From contig NC_043004.1 in assembly GCF_006345805.1 (NCBI RefSeq), positions 7,502,001 through 7,566,000 on the forward strand: a stretch of 64,000 bases of DNA, read 5' to 3'. The stretch comes from Octopus sinensis (Eukaryota). Each line of letters starts with the position of its first letter. Within the stretch, counting starts at the first letter, position 1. Below, in pieces: positions 13,913-24,902 of this stretch. A model generated the notes under the pieces. It saw nothing but the letters and a program-made list of their open reading frames with translations, was not told where the DNA came from and ran no database searches. Position numbers and translations under genes: made by a program.

Positions 13913-14421
13913 AACGAAAAAACAAAAAAACAGTTTCCTTCCCACTCGGATCTCCTGACACTTCTTCACCTGACATCATTCACACACATTACACATCTGT
14001 TGCACTTTATAATTCAGTCATCTCACCTGTACATTACATCTAATTACTTTTACACCTGGTTTTTCTCTCAGTTTCTCTTAACCACTTTGCTCATACACAT
14101 AAACGTTACACACCTGGCAGGACATGTTCTCTTAATTTTTTTGCCAATTTTTTCACTTCCTCTGCATCCAATGCCTATGTGTCCACTACTACAGTCAGCA
14201 GTTTTCCACAGTGGACACTAAGTGACCAAAGTCATTGATATATCTGAAATATAAGGGGTTCACAGGTGAACCTCAAGTCCTTTTTGTTTCACTTTTGTGT
14301 AATGTAAACCAATTAAAAGAGAACAAAAAGTTTTCTAATTCTTTTATCAGACATTTTGACATTGTATGATTCCAAAGTAAATAACTTTTTTATTTTCATG
14401 TTTTTACATTTTAACTTCCAG

Positions 14422-14483
14422 TTGTATGACAGAGCGTACATCCTGGGACCATCCACTTTATTCCAAAATCATGGAAGAATTAA
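14422..14483 (+). CDS. Dystrophin-family gene, first recognisable exon: second half of WW domain (CMTERTSWDHPLYSKIMEEL)
   Basis: ttccag acceptor, gtaagt donor; WDHP motif aligns with dystrophin HETQTTCWDHP; 62 nt, phase 2 to 1, in frame with next exon. Confidence 0.9.
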
Positions 14484-16424
14484 GTAAGTAGATTTTTTTT
14501 TATTACTAAGACTATTTTATATGTTTTATTTACCTATTTCTTCAATTTTCTATTTTTCTTGAATTCAAACTGAATAGAAAATGGCTAGCTATCAATAACT
14601 GTATCCTGGACAACTAGCCTAGGGATTGGTCATTTACGCTCTGTCCCTGGTGTTACATTATCTCCTTGGCTAAGTTTATCTAATCTACTTTAGCTGTTGG
14701 ATCCACAGTAATGTCACCTGGGTTCTTTTGAGAATCAGAACTGAGCTCCAGGTTCCTGGGATAATGTAGTCGAGAGATAAATCTCACCTCCTAAATGTTA
14801 AGATTCTAGTTTGTCTGGCATCCTATCAAGATATCAATTCCCAACAACCATTATTTAGTCAAGGACAATGTAGGAGAATGTGACCTACCCAGAAACATGA
14901 CAAAATATTTGCTGTAGACTTGAACCTCTGACTAGTTTATATGTAGTCCAGTACCTTATCTCTTGGCCTATTTCACCTGAGAGGGAAAGGGGTCATGTCC
15001 TGATTCATAATCACTAATTCATTGACCTCTGTTTACCTCTTGACACATAGAAGTTGGCTTGGCTATTTAATATGAAGGATGAACAGGCCGTGGCATGAAA
15101 CAATAATGAGTGAAGTATTGGTAACTCATCGCCTGGCAATCACATCTGAGCCATTATCTTTTTAACATCCATTTTCCCATGCTTGAATGGGCCAAGCGAG
15201 ATTTTGTTGAGGCAGATTTTTGATGGCTGGATGTCCTTCCTGTTGCCAACCCTCTCCAAGTAAGGTCCTTTGGCCAGACATGTTTTCATAGAATTTTGCA
15301 AACAAAGGACACCACTTGTATGACAGTGGCACTTGTTTACAACTATCACCTGATATCAAGACAAGGAGACATATACGTATACAACAAGCTTCTTTCAGTT
15401 TCCATCTCCCGAATCCACTCTCAAAGTTTTGTTCATTCCGGATCTATAGGAGAAGACACTTGCCTAAGGTTCCACTTAGAGGGACTGAACTTGAAACCAG
15501 ACAAGCCTCTCAACCATACAGCATCACCATCAATTATCTCAACAGATTAAAGAAAAGGTGTTCTTGACAGATCAACCAATTCTTTTGAAAAAATTTGATT
15601 TACCAATGTTTACTTTCATTAAAATTTCTTTTTTCTTTTTCTCTCCTTTTTAATTGCATTTAGAACTTTGATGGTTTTTCTCATAATTTGTTGTTGTTTC
15701 TAGCATTTAACTTTGTGTTCATATATGAAATTTTCAATTTAACTCATGGACCCTCAGTACTACCTTTGTGGCTCACCAGGGGTCCACAGACCCCAGGCTG
15801 AGAACCACTGATTTAGAGGATTATTACCATTATTTTGTCACTGGAATTTTGGTCTTTAAATCTACTTTGGCCATGTTTCTAGCAATAATATGTTACTTTT
15901 GTACCTTTCTTTTAATTGGAGTTCAGATTTCAAAAAACATTTGCAAAAATAAAGATATTTTGCAAATGAGAATGTCAATTGTTTCAGACTAGCAGGTTTT
16001 TATGATTGTTAAAAAAAATATATATCTTAAAATATTTAGATTTGATTATATACAAAAAATATGAAAACCTAGAACATCACCATTACTGAAATTTAGTTTT
16101 TAAAAAAATGCATTTTGGAAAAGATTTTTTTCCCTTTTTTATAAACCATTGAACTATTGTACAGCCCCTTGTGTAAATAGTCTTATCTTTATCGACACAA
16201 AACGTTTCCATTTACTTTGACTGAGTTAAATGAAATAACAGATGTTTTTGGTGCAGGGCTTCCTTTTTTGTTAACTGATGGCGTTAAACTCTTAACAGCT
16301 TTTCTAAAATGAAGATCTCTTCCCAGCAACCATTCCACACCATTCTGTATATGTATGTACATTATGTTAGTGTCTTTATATTGTTATATATAGTTATATA
16401 TATATAATTAATTTGTTTATATTG

Positions 16425-16475
<51 letters not shown>

Positions 16476-16880
16476 ATATAGATTATTTATTTTTACTTTA
16501 ATTTCCTTAATATGTTTGTCTCTTTTTCTTCTGAATACCAACTTCTTCCACTTCCTCGTTTCCAAGAGGTTCATGATGGATCACGTTACCAACAGATGGT
16601 TTTCAACTCCCTGAGGTTTTTATTATGTAGAATTTTGATATCAAGAAAACCATCATTCGAATTTAATAGACTGTGGGAAGATCTTCTCTCAGAATTTCTA
16701 TAACAAAAACTTCTTGCAGAGTTAAATTATATTAACTTTAATTTAATAAATGTTATAAAAATAATTTATACCTAAGACTCTGTAATTTTAGAGCGGAACA
16801 AAAGTTACTATGGTTACTCAAGATACATTATTTACACTATTTACATTTGACGGATATTTGTCCTCATCTTGTTTGTTGTT

Positions 16881-16926
16881 AACACAACGTTTTGGCTGAT
16901 ATACCCTCCAGCCTTCATCAGGTGTC
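16881..16926 (-). ncRNA. Hammerhead motif copy, GAAA box mutated to AAAA
   Basis: Reverse complement reads GACAC CTGATGA A GGCTG...CAGCC AAAA CGTT GTGTT. Confidence 0.5.
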
Positions 16927-17064
16927 TTGGGGAAATTTCAAACCTGGGTTCTCATTCCTAAGGTATTTTTCGATATTATTATTATTATTATTATTATTAT
17001 TATCATTCAGGTCAGTGCCTCAAATCGAACTCGGAATAATAATAATAGTAATAGTAATAATAAT

Positions 17065-17294
17065 AAGAAATATGACGGGATAGCTTGGGAAGTTAAGCAG
17101 TTGTGGTCGATGAAAAAGGTAGCAGTAGTCGGAAGCCTGGGAATGGTGAGTAAAAATCTCAAGAAGTACGTGGAACAGATAGGGGCTGCAATAAGGGTGG
17201 AGCACTTGCAGAAAACAGCACTGCTTGGAACCACCCGAATACTCCGGATGGTGCTCTGAATCTTCAGTATTATAAGCTGTGCAAAGGCAATGAC

Positions 17295-17327
<33 letters not shown>
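17065..17327 (+). mobile_element. 5'-truncated R4/Dong (Rex6-like) non-LTR retrotransposon 3' end with (TAA)n tail
   Basis: KKYDGIAWEVKQLW...VVGSLG...LQKTALLGTTRILRMVL* resembles the restriction-like endonuclease C-terminus; TAA tracts on both sides. Confidence 0.8.
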
Positions 17328-17328
<1 letters not shown>

Positions 17329-17375
17329 TCAAAAAATACCTTGGGAATGAGAACCCAGGTTCAAAATTTCTCCAA

Positions 17376-17421
17376 GATACCTGATGAAGACTGGAGGGTA
17401 TATCAGCTGAAACGTTGTGTT
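17376..17421 (+). ncRNA. Hammerhead motif copy, core intact, stem II weakened
   Basis: GATAC CTGATGA A GACTG...CAGCT GAAA CGTT GTGTT. Confidence 0.6.
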
Positions 17422-17974
17422 AACAGCAAAGAAGATGAGGACAAATATCTGTCAAATGTAAATAGTGTACATAATTCCTCATCTCTTAAATATAGAACTG
17501 TATGTTACTCAAGATGATGTGTTTATTTTTTGAAGAGGATTTTTGCAGAAATATAAATAAAAAGAATAAGGAATTTCAGTTTCTATGGCATTACATTTAC
17601 CGGAATGAAATTTACCAAAATAATTATATGGTTAAGTGAGAGACAGATAGACTAACAGAGAGAGAACAACATCAAGTGAACTGACCTCATCATATTTCTG
17701 AATTTGTAGAGAAAAAACAGAGGAGTGAATAAATGATCAGACTACCTGTTTCTGACTTATCTATTCGTTTATTTTACCTGCATTTAGTTGTTTTCCTAGG
17801 CCTGGTCACATTACATTACTCATTTCACCTAACAGTCAGGGATGGATCCCAAGATTTCTAGGAAAATGTCAACAGAGCTGATCTGCAACCATTTTTACAC
17901 AAATTTGATTCCATAAAACCAAAGAATTAAATCTATCAAATTATTCTATTAAAGTATTCTTGTTTTATAATTTA

Positions 17975-18378
17975 CTAGCAGTATCGCCCAGTGTTGCTTG
18001 GGCTTGTTTTCTTTTCGACCCTTTAGAATTGGAATTTTTGAAAAGTAAAAATTTTGCATTATGTAGCTTGTTATTCTCTTTAAGTGAATATCTGGTTGAA
18101 ATACACCGAAAAATGGTGACACAGCAGTCAAAATATTGTGAAAAATAGGGATTTTCATAGAAAAAAAAAACACCTTTTTGATGTAAATAATTTTTGGTGT
18201 TAACATGGTCCGATTTGAATTTTATCTTCTACGGAATGAAGAGCAAGCCTTCTTCTATCATACTCTCAATTTTGGTCAACTTGCGCCACAGGGTCTCGGA
18301 GGAGATAGTGTTAGTTGAAGGCTACCAAACCTGCCATACACAGACAACTTCAGCTTTATATATAGAGAGATATAGAGA
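17975..18378 (-). mobile_element. Non-autonomous Helitron
   Basis: Minus strand starts TC, ends with GC-rich hairpin (GCCCA...TGGGC) then CTAG, between A and T; second copy at 26837. Confidence 0.8.
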
Positions 18379-18724
18379 TTTATGACTCAGATGGACAAAA
18401 TGCAGGGTTAACCTCTGCTGGATTTGAACTCAGAAAGGTTATGATAGCTTGTTCTAGTTGTGTTCAACAAGGACGTTGGTGTCTGGCTTCCCTGTACTTG
18501 ATTTTTAACTTTCTGCGACTGCAGCTTCTTTCTGCGACTGCAGCTTCCCACACATTTGGCTTGATACCAACAGCATTCAGTTCCTATAACAGAGTTCCTT
18601 TTGTGTGGCACTAAACACTAGCTCACTCTTTGGTAAGCATCCTAAATGTCCATGAGTCACACATTCTCCATCCAATACAGATGACCGGGAGTACACAAAC
18701 GGAGAGCCAAAAAAACTGAATAAT

Positions 18725-18945
18725 ACCTGTTTCTTTACTACCCACAAGGGGCTAAACACAGAGAGGATAAACAAGGACAGACAAACGGATTAAGTCAATT
18801 ACATCGACCCCAGTGCATAACTGGTACTTAATTTATCGGCCCCGAAAGGATGAAAGACAAAGTCGACCTTGGCAGAATTTGAACTCAGAACGTAGCGGCA
18901 GACGAAATACTACTAAGCATTTCGCCCGGCGTTCTGCCAGCTCAC
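18725..18945 (-). mobile_element. tRNA-headed SINE, family C
   Basis: Reverse complement of gagctggcagaa...gagttcaaattc...gtcgactttgcctttcatcc core. Confidence 0.85.
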
Positions 18946-19090
18946 CAAGTAATCACTCAGGTGTCTTTATTATATCTTGCCCTTGAGCTATCCTGTGGCT
19001 GAAGCACAAGACCCTCCTTATCTTGCCCAGGGACTCAACACAATGTCACCATTGATGATAAAAGCTATGGAACTGGCTGAACATTCTTTA

Positions 19091-19130
<40 letters not shown>

Positions 19131-19904
19131 TTGATGTTTGTGCTGAAAGGCAGATACTCCTAACACATTTTATTTCTTATCAGCACATCATATTTCAGAC
19201 AGGTTTATTTATGTCAATTCATATCACTTACCCCATTCAGCATGTGGTTCTTATTTATAACTTTCATATCAGTGTTTATCAACTCTTTTTTTTTTTCTTT
19301 TTGTTTTGTTCTTGTATAGACTTAGAAGAAAATCTTTGTTGTGCAGCAGTGTTGTTTTGTGTTGGTTGTTCTCTTAGAATTTAGAAAATTTGCCTGGCCT
19401 TTGCAAGTAGCCTTTGTGCCACTGATCTCTTGGCAAGCATCTAGGTTAGGTAAATTGTTGACAATTATATTGTCATGAAGACTGCCATTCCTGAAAAGAA
19501 AGATTTTGTTGGCCTTTCTAATTTCAAGATAACACTTGAAATGATTACTTAAAACAAACAAACAAACAAACAAAAATCACCTCATTCATGTACATCATCA
19601 TCATCATCATTTATATACATTGTTCTTTTTTTTTTTTTCCTACTGTCACATGGGTTGGATAGGTGTACTGGATAAAAATACTTTTGAGACCTCATTGAAG
19701 CTGTAGATCTAACTGCTAGGGGAGGAGAGAATAAGAGGATGGGGAGGAGGAAGAGGATGGAAAGAACAGGTTTATCTACAGCATTAAGGAAGGAGGGAGT
19801 AAGGAGCAAATGCAGATAATGGTTATATTGGTACACCAGCAAGATGAAGGTACTAGTTTGTACATAAGTTGTTTGACCTATTGCTTTAGCAATTAAATAA
19901 TATT

Positions 19905-20088
19905 CTTTTCTACTCTAGGCACAAAGCCCGAAATTTTGGGGGAAGGGGCCAGTCAATTAGATCGACCCCAGTATGCAACTGGTACTTAATTTATTGACCC
20001 AGAAAGGATGAAAGGCAAAGTCGACCTCAGCAGAATTTGAACTCAGAACTTAAAGACAGATGAAATACTGCTAAGCATATCACCTAGC
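19905..20088 (-). mobile_element. SINE family C, head-truncated
   Basis: Core and tail motifs. Confidence 0.8.
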
Positions 20089-20089
20089 G

Positions 20090-20212
20090 AGGTTCAAAAT
20101 TTCCCCAAGACACCTGATGAAGGCTGGAGGGTATATCAGCCGAAACATTGTGTTAACAACAAACAAGATGAGGACAAATATCCATCAGATGTAAATAATG
20201 TAGAAACTTATA
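20090..20212 (+). mobile_element. Solo 5'-truncated copy of the hammerhead repeat
   Basis: ggttcaaaatttccccaagacacctgatg...gtaaataatg matches the other copies. Confidence 0.8.
20109..20154 (+). ncRNA. Hammerhead motif copy, solo, G to A change before the cleavage site
   Basis: GACAC CTGATGA A GGCTG...CAGCC GAAA CATT GTGTT. Confidence 0.55.
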
Positions 20213-20769
20213 AAGTTAAATATTTGTGAATATTACCAGATTTAAAATGTACAAAAATCGTGGATTAAAATACCTTTGCTACTTAATTTTGGTAATTCTA
20301 TTCAGAGTTCATATTTCATCAGATTTAAATTTATTGTTAGTGTTTGACTTGGTGATTAATAAAATAATATATACCATGATATGCTGGAATAATTCAATCA
20401 ACCTATTGCCGTCCTTTGGACTCGTGAAATAACATTAATAATCAAGTTTATCTAATTGGTTTTGAGAATTATAATTAGTTTTGAGGATTGCTCATTTAAG
20501 GCAGCTCCATGTTGTTTCACAAAGTTTATAGGTCTCAAAGGAAACCATTAGATTTATTTTTGTAATCTAATTTAATTTTATTTCTTGCTAAAATAATTTT
20601 TATTAATAAATTACATGAAATTTATGAAAATTACAATAGATTTTCACATATAAAGCTTCAACAATTATAAGTCAAATGTATCATAAGTAAAGCAGAATCT
20701 GATGTTGTATCAATGTTTAAATGAAGCATTACCTATGGATACCTTGGAATCCATTATATTAGTGTATAT

Positions 20770-21522
20770 AGGCACAGGAGTGGCTGTGTGGTAAGTAGCT
20801 TGCTTACCAACCACATGGTCCTGGGTTCAGTCTCACTGTGTGGCACCTTGGGTAAGTGTCTTCTACTATAGCCTCGGGCTGACCAAAGCCTTGTGAGCGG
20901 ATTTGGTAGATGGAAACTGAAAGAAGCCCATCGTATATGTGTGTGTGTATGTTTGGATGTCTGTGTTTGTCCCCCCAACATCGCTTGACAACTGATGCTG
21001 GTGTGTTTACGTCCCCGTAACTTAGTGGTTCAGCAAAAGAGACTGATACAATAAGTACTAGGTTTACAAAGAATAAGTCTTGGGGTCAATTTGCTCAACT
21101 AAAGGCGGTGCTCCAGCATGGCTAGTCAGATGACTGGAACAAGTAAAAGAGTATAGGTGCAGGTGTGGCTGTGTGGTAACAAGTTTGCTTCCCAACCACA
21201 TGGTTCTGGGTTCAGACCCACTGCTTGACATCTTGGGAAAGTGTCTTCTACTATAGCCTCAGGCTGACCAAAGCCTTGAGCGGATTTGGAAACTGGAAAC
21301 TGAAAGAAGCCTGTCGTGTGTGTGTATGTCCATCACCACTACTTGGCAACCAGCATTGGTGTGTTTATGTCCCTGTAACTTAGAGGTTCATCAAAAGAGA
21401 TCAATAAATGCCAGGCTTTAAAAGAGATTGGTACTGGGGTCGATTCATTTAACTAAAACTCTTCAAGGTAGTGCTCCAGCATGGCCACAGTCCTGTGACT
21501 GAATCAAGTACAAGATAAAAGA
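20770..21522 (+). mobile_element. Head-to-tail dimer of family B SINEs (20770-21155, 21157-21522)
   Basis: Two full copies abutting at aagtaaaagagtata/ggtgcagg. Confidence 0.88.
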
Positions 21523-21772
21523 TAATGTTTAAATGTTCATTTCCTGTGAACACTCAATATACATTCCATACAATAAGAATTGTCTGTCTAACACAAGATG
21601 CTGGGATTAGATTCTGCCAAGCATCCATCTATTCAGTCTGACACTATGTCACTTTAACCAATTCCATTGTCTTGGACCAATTATGATATAATACAGTTCG
21701 ATATTTAAGAGATGAGGAATTATGTACATTATTTACATTTGATGGATATTTGTCCTCATCTTGTTTGTTGTT

Positions 21773-21818
21773 AACACAACATTTCAGTTGATGTACCCTC
21801 CAGCCTTCATCAGGTGTC
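21773..21818 (-). ncRNA. Degenerate hammerhead motif copy
   Basis: Reverse complement reads GACAC CTGATGA A GGCTG...CAACT GAAA TGTT GTGTT. Confidence 0.45.
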
Positions 21819-22150
21819 TTAGGGAAATTTTCATTGCCTGGAATCGAACTCGGAATCTTGGGGTTAGTAGCCTGCACTCTTAACCACTATGCCATATGCC
21901 CGTGGGCAATTATGGAGTGAATTTTAGGGCTTATAAATATAATTTTAAGGAAAGATAGAAAAATATTAGATTTATAAGCCCTAAAATTCACTCCATAATT
22001 GCCCACAGGTATATGGCATAGTGGTTAAGAGCATGGGCTACTAACCCCAAGATTCCGACTTCGATTCCAGACAATGACCAGAATTATAATAATAATAATA
22101 ACATCCAAAAATACCTTAGGAATGAGAACCCAAGTTCGAAATTTTCCGAA

Positions 22151-22193
22151 GACACCTGATAAAGGCTGGAGGGTATATCAACCAAAATGTATT
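22151..22193 (+). ncRNA. Strongly degenerate hammerhead motif copy
   Basis: GACAC CTGATAA A GGCTG...CAACC AAAA TGT ATT. Confidence 0.35.
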
Positions 22194-22671
22194 AACAACA
22201 AACAAGATGAGGACAAATATCTGTCAAATGTAAATAATGTATAATTCTGATATATTGTGAGAATGTTTAAAGTGGTGGTCACTTTAAGTTTCAATTTCAT
22301 ATTCCAGTTTGGTGTTTTTCTAAACTTTAGGGTTTTCCCTGAGAATCATTAACTGGAAGAATTGTTCCTCGGATTTCTGTACTGTAAGAACTTGTCAACG
22401 AAGTAAACAAACTAAAAAGAATATTGCAAATTGTCAGTTCTATAATGGTGATTGTTCAGCAAACGAAGTCTGCAAAATCGTTTGGATTCCTGGTTGAGTC
22501 ATTTTCACTTTAATCTTTTCATTGTACCTGATTTCTGGTCACAGTTCAATAGCTTGTAGATGAATTAGGGTGTCGTTAGTGGTGACACTGGGAGCCTTTG
22601 TCCTTAAAGGCTCTCAGTCTTCATAAGAGCAGTACCTATTCTTCTTCTTCTTCATCATCATCATTATAATA

Positions 22672-22708
<37 letters not shown>

Positions 22709-23009
22709 ATGTACTTTGGGCTATCATTGCTGTCTTTCCTGAATCATTTGCTACTTTCTGTCTTTGCAATTTACTCTCTTTTTCAATGAGTTGTATTACA
22801 CCTGAATACTGTGTACAGTAAGCTCCTCGTCATCATCATTACCGTCATCGTCATCACCTCCATTTCCCATTGCTAGCATAGGTATTGTGTAGAGAGTCTC
22901 CAGTAAAGCATGTCACTACTGCTCTTGATTCTGCACCTTCTCAAACAGGTGTCCCTGTATAACCGTCAAAGAATTAGAAATAAAAGGAAAGATATTTGGG
23001 TGTGGTCAG

Positions 23010-23395
23010 GTGATGCGTGGCACTCAGTCGGTTACGACGGCGTGGGTTCCAGTTGATCCCATCGACGGAAAAGCCTGCTTGTGACATTAATGTGCAAGTG
23101 GTTGAGCACTCCACAGACATATGTGCCCTTAATGTAGTTCTCGGGGAGTGTGACAAGGCTGGCCCTTTGAAATACAGGTACAACAGAAACAGGAAGGAAG
23201 AGAGAGAGAGAGAAAGAAAGTTGTGGTGAAAGAGTACAGCGGGGTTGACCACCATCTCCTCCCAGAACCTCGTAGAGCTTTGGGTATTTTTGCTCAATAA
23301 ACACTCACAATGCCCAGTAAGGGAATCGAAACTGCGATCCTACAACCATGAGTCCGCTACCCTAACCACTGGGCCATTGCGCCTCCCTGCGTTTG
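23010..23395 (-). mobile_element. tRNA-headed SINE, family D
   Basis: Reverse complement of ggaggcgcaatggcccagtggttaggg head; copies at 34452 and 57003. Confidence 0.85.
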
Positions 23396-23974
23396 GCCGA
23401 TAATTCAGATGTATCTTTGTTAACGTAGTCCCCTTACTAAATCCTTATTCAGTTGTACACCCTGTAAATCGGATCTGTGATAATAATCTTAAAAGTTGCT
23501 CTCAGACTTTGACTGTCGAGATCAAATATATTTATTTAGTCTCCGTCACTTCCCACCACGACCACCACCACTCTTCCATGGAAAACTCTCACAATTTATT
23601 GTTTTAAAAGATTTTTTTAAAAAAGTCCTTATAATAATTTGCTGTTATCTTTTTGTGTCTCAGAGAATGTTAATGGAAAACCCCCTTCAGCAGCCCAGCC
23701 CCCCCCCTCTCTGTACAAGTTCCCTTCCAGCAATTAGTCACCCCTCCTCCCCCTCCTTAGTTTGTCTTTGTTACTGTTGTTGTTGTGGTTGCTGCTGTCG
23801 TTTCTTATTGATGTTCATCGGTTGCTTTGTTATCTTAGCAATGCCGGAGGAAAGTGTAAACCTTTCTTGAACAGATCCCTTTAAACTAACCTCCTTCTGA
23901 TGTTACATTTGAGATATTTATTTCTATAAGGGGAGGAACGAGAACAAACGGACTGGACTGGGACTGGGCAGTCG

Positions 23975-24047
<73 letters not shown>

Positions 24048-24225
24048 CACTGAATTGAACAGAAAGAATGTCAAGCTAGGTAGATAAATAAATAAATATG
24101 AACATTCCAGATAATCTTTTTGCTGTTTCAAAGAATGGACAATAAATGGACAAATTATTTGAAAAGAACTCTACCACATCAAAGCAAACTGGCAAGTTTC
24201 CCTCCTCCTCCTCCTGTGTGTACAT

Positions 24226-24270
<45 letters not shown>

Positions 24271-24667
24271 CTCACTTTCTGCCTCCACTCTCCTTTCACC
24301 CTCTCAGTTGTCTCTGGCCTGCTTTTTTTTTTTATCTTTTCCTTTCCTCTTATCTTAATCTAGTAAGAAATCCTATAATCTAATTAGACATATTTTAATC
24401 AACATAATTACTGATTTGCTTTATTGACTACTGGATACTTGTATCTGTAATGACTAAATATGCTTCTTATTATCACAAAGCCCTTTACTCTTCCGCTCTG
24501 TGTCTCAGTCATACAAACATTAACGCACACACATCCCTTTCCGTTTCTCTACAACAATAACAATTACCTTTGGCCCTTGGAAGGGCACACAGCTGTAGGA
24601 AACCCTGCCAAGGCAGGCATTAATTGGTGTGAAGGTCTTTCTGCTAAGGGAATGGTATTGCACACAC

Positions 24668-24902
24668 GGTAGGGTGAGCTAGCAGAATCGTTAGAATGCC
24701 GGGCGAAATGCTTAACGGTATTTCATCTGCCGTTACGTTCTGAGTTCAAATTCCGCCGAGGTCGACTTTGCCTTTCATCCTTTTGGGGTCAATAAATTAA
24801 GTACCAGTTACGCACTAGGGTTGATATAATCGACTTAATCCGTTTGTCTGTTCTTGTTTGTCCTCTCTGTGTTTAGCCCCTTGTGGGTAGTAAAGAAATA
24901 GG
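24668..24902 (+). mobile_element. tRNA-headed SINE, family C
   Basis: ggtgagctagcagaatcgttag head, gagttcaaattcc B box, gtcgactttgcctttcatcc core. Confidence 0.88.

Larger units (their letters stand above)
16825..17503. mobile_element. Inverted pair of the hammerhead repeat enclosing an R4/Dong LINE 3' fragment
   Basis: Inverted arms; flanking direct repeat gttactcaagat at 16813-16824 and 17504-17515. Confidence 0.85.
21691..22247. mobile_element. Head-to-head inverted pair of the hammerhead repeat with complete tRNA-like heads
   Basis: Arms 21691-21938 and 21970-22247, about 31-nt spacer; A box TGGCATAGTGG and B box GAGTTCGATTCC; flanking tgatata at 21684-21690 and 22248-22254. Confidence 0.88.

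Noticed and set aside
18501-18547. Tandem duplication of ttctgcgactgcagcttc
   Set aside because: Two-copy slippage duplication with no further structure
22014-22070. tRNA gene
   Set aside because: A and B boxes present but no complete cloverleaf; it is the head of a repeated element, as are the other tRNA-like heads
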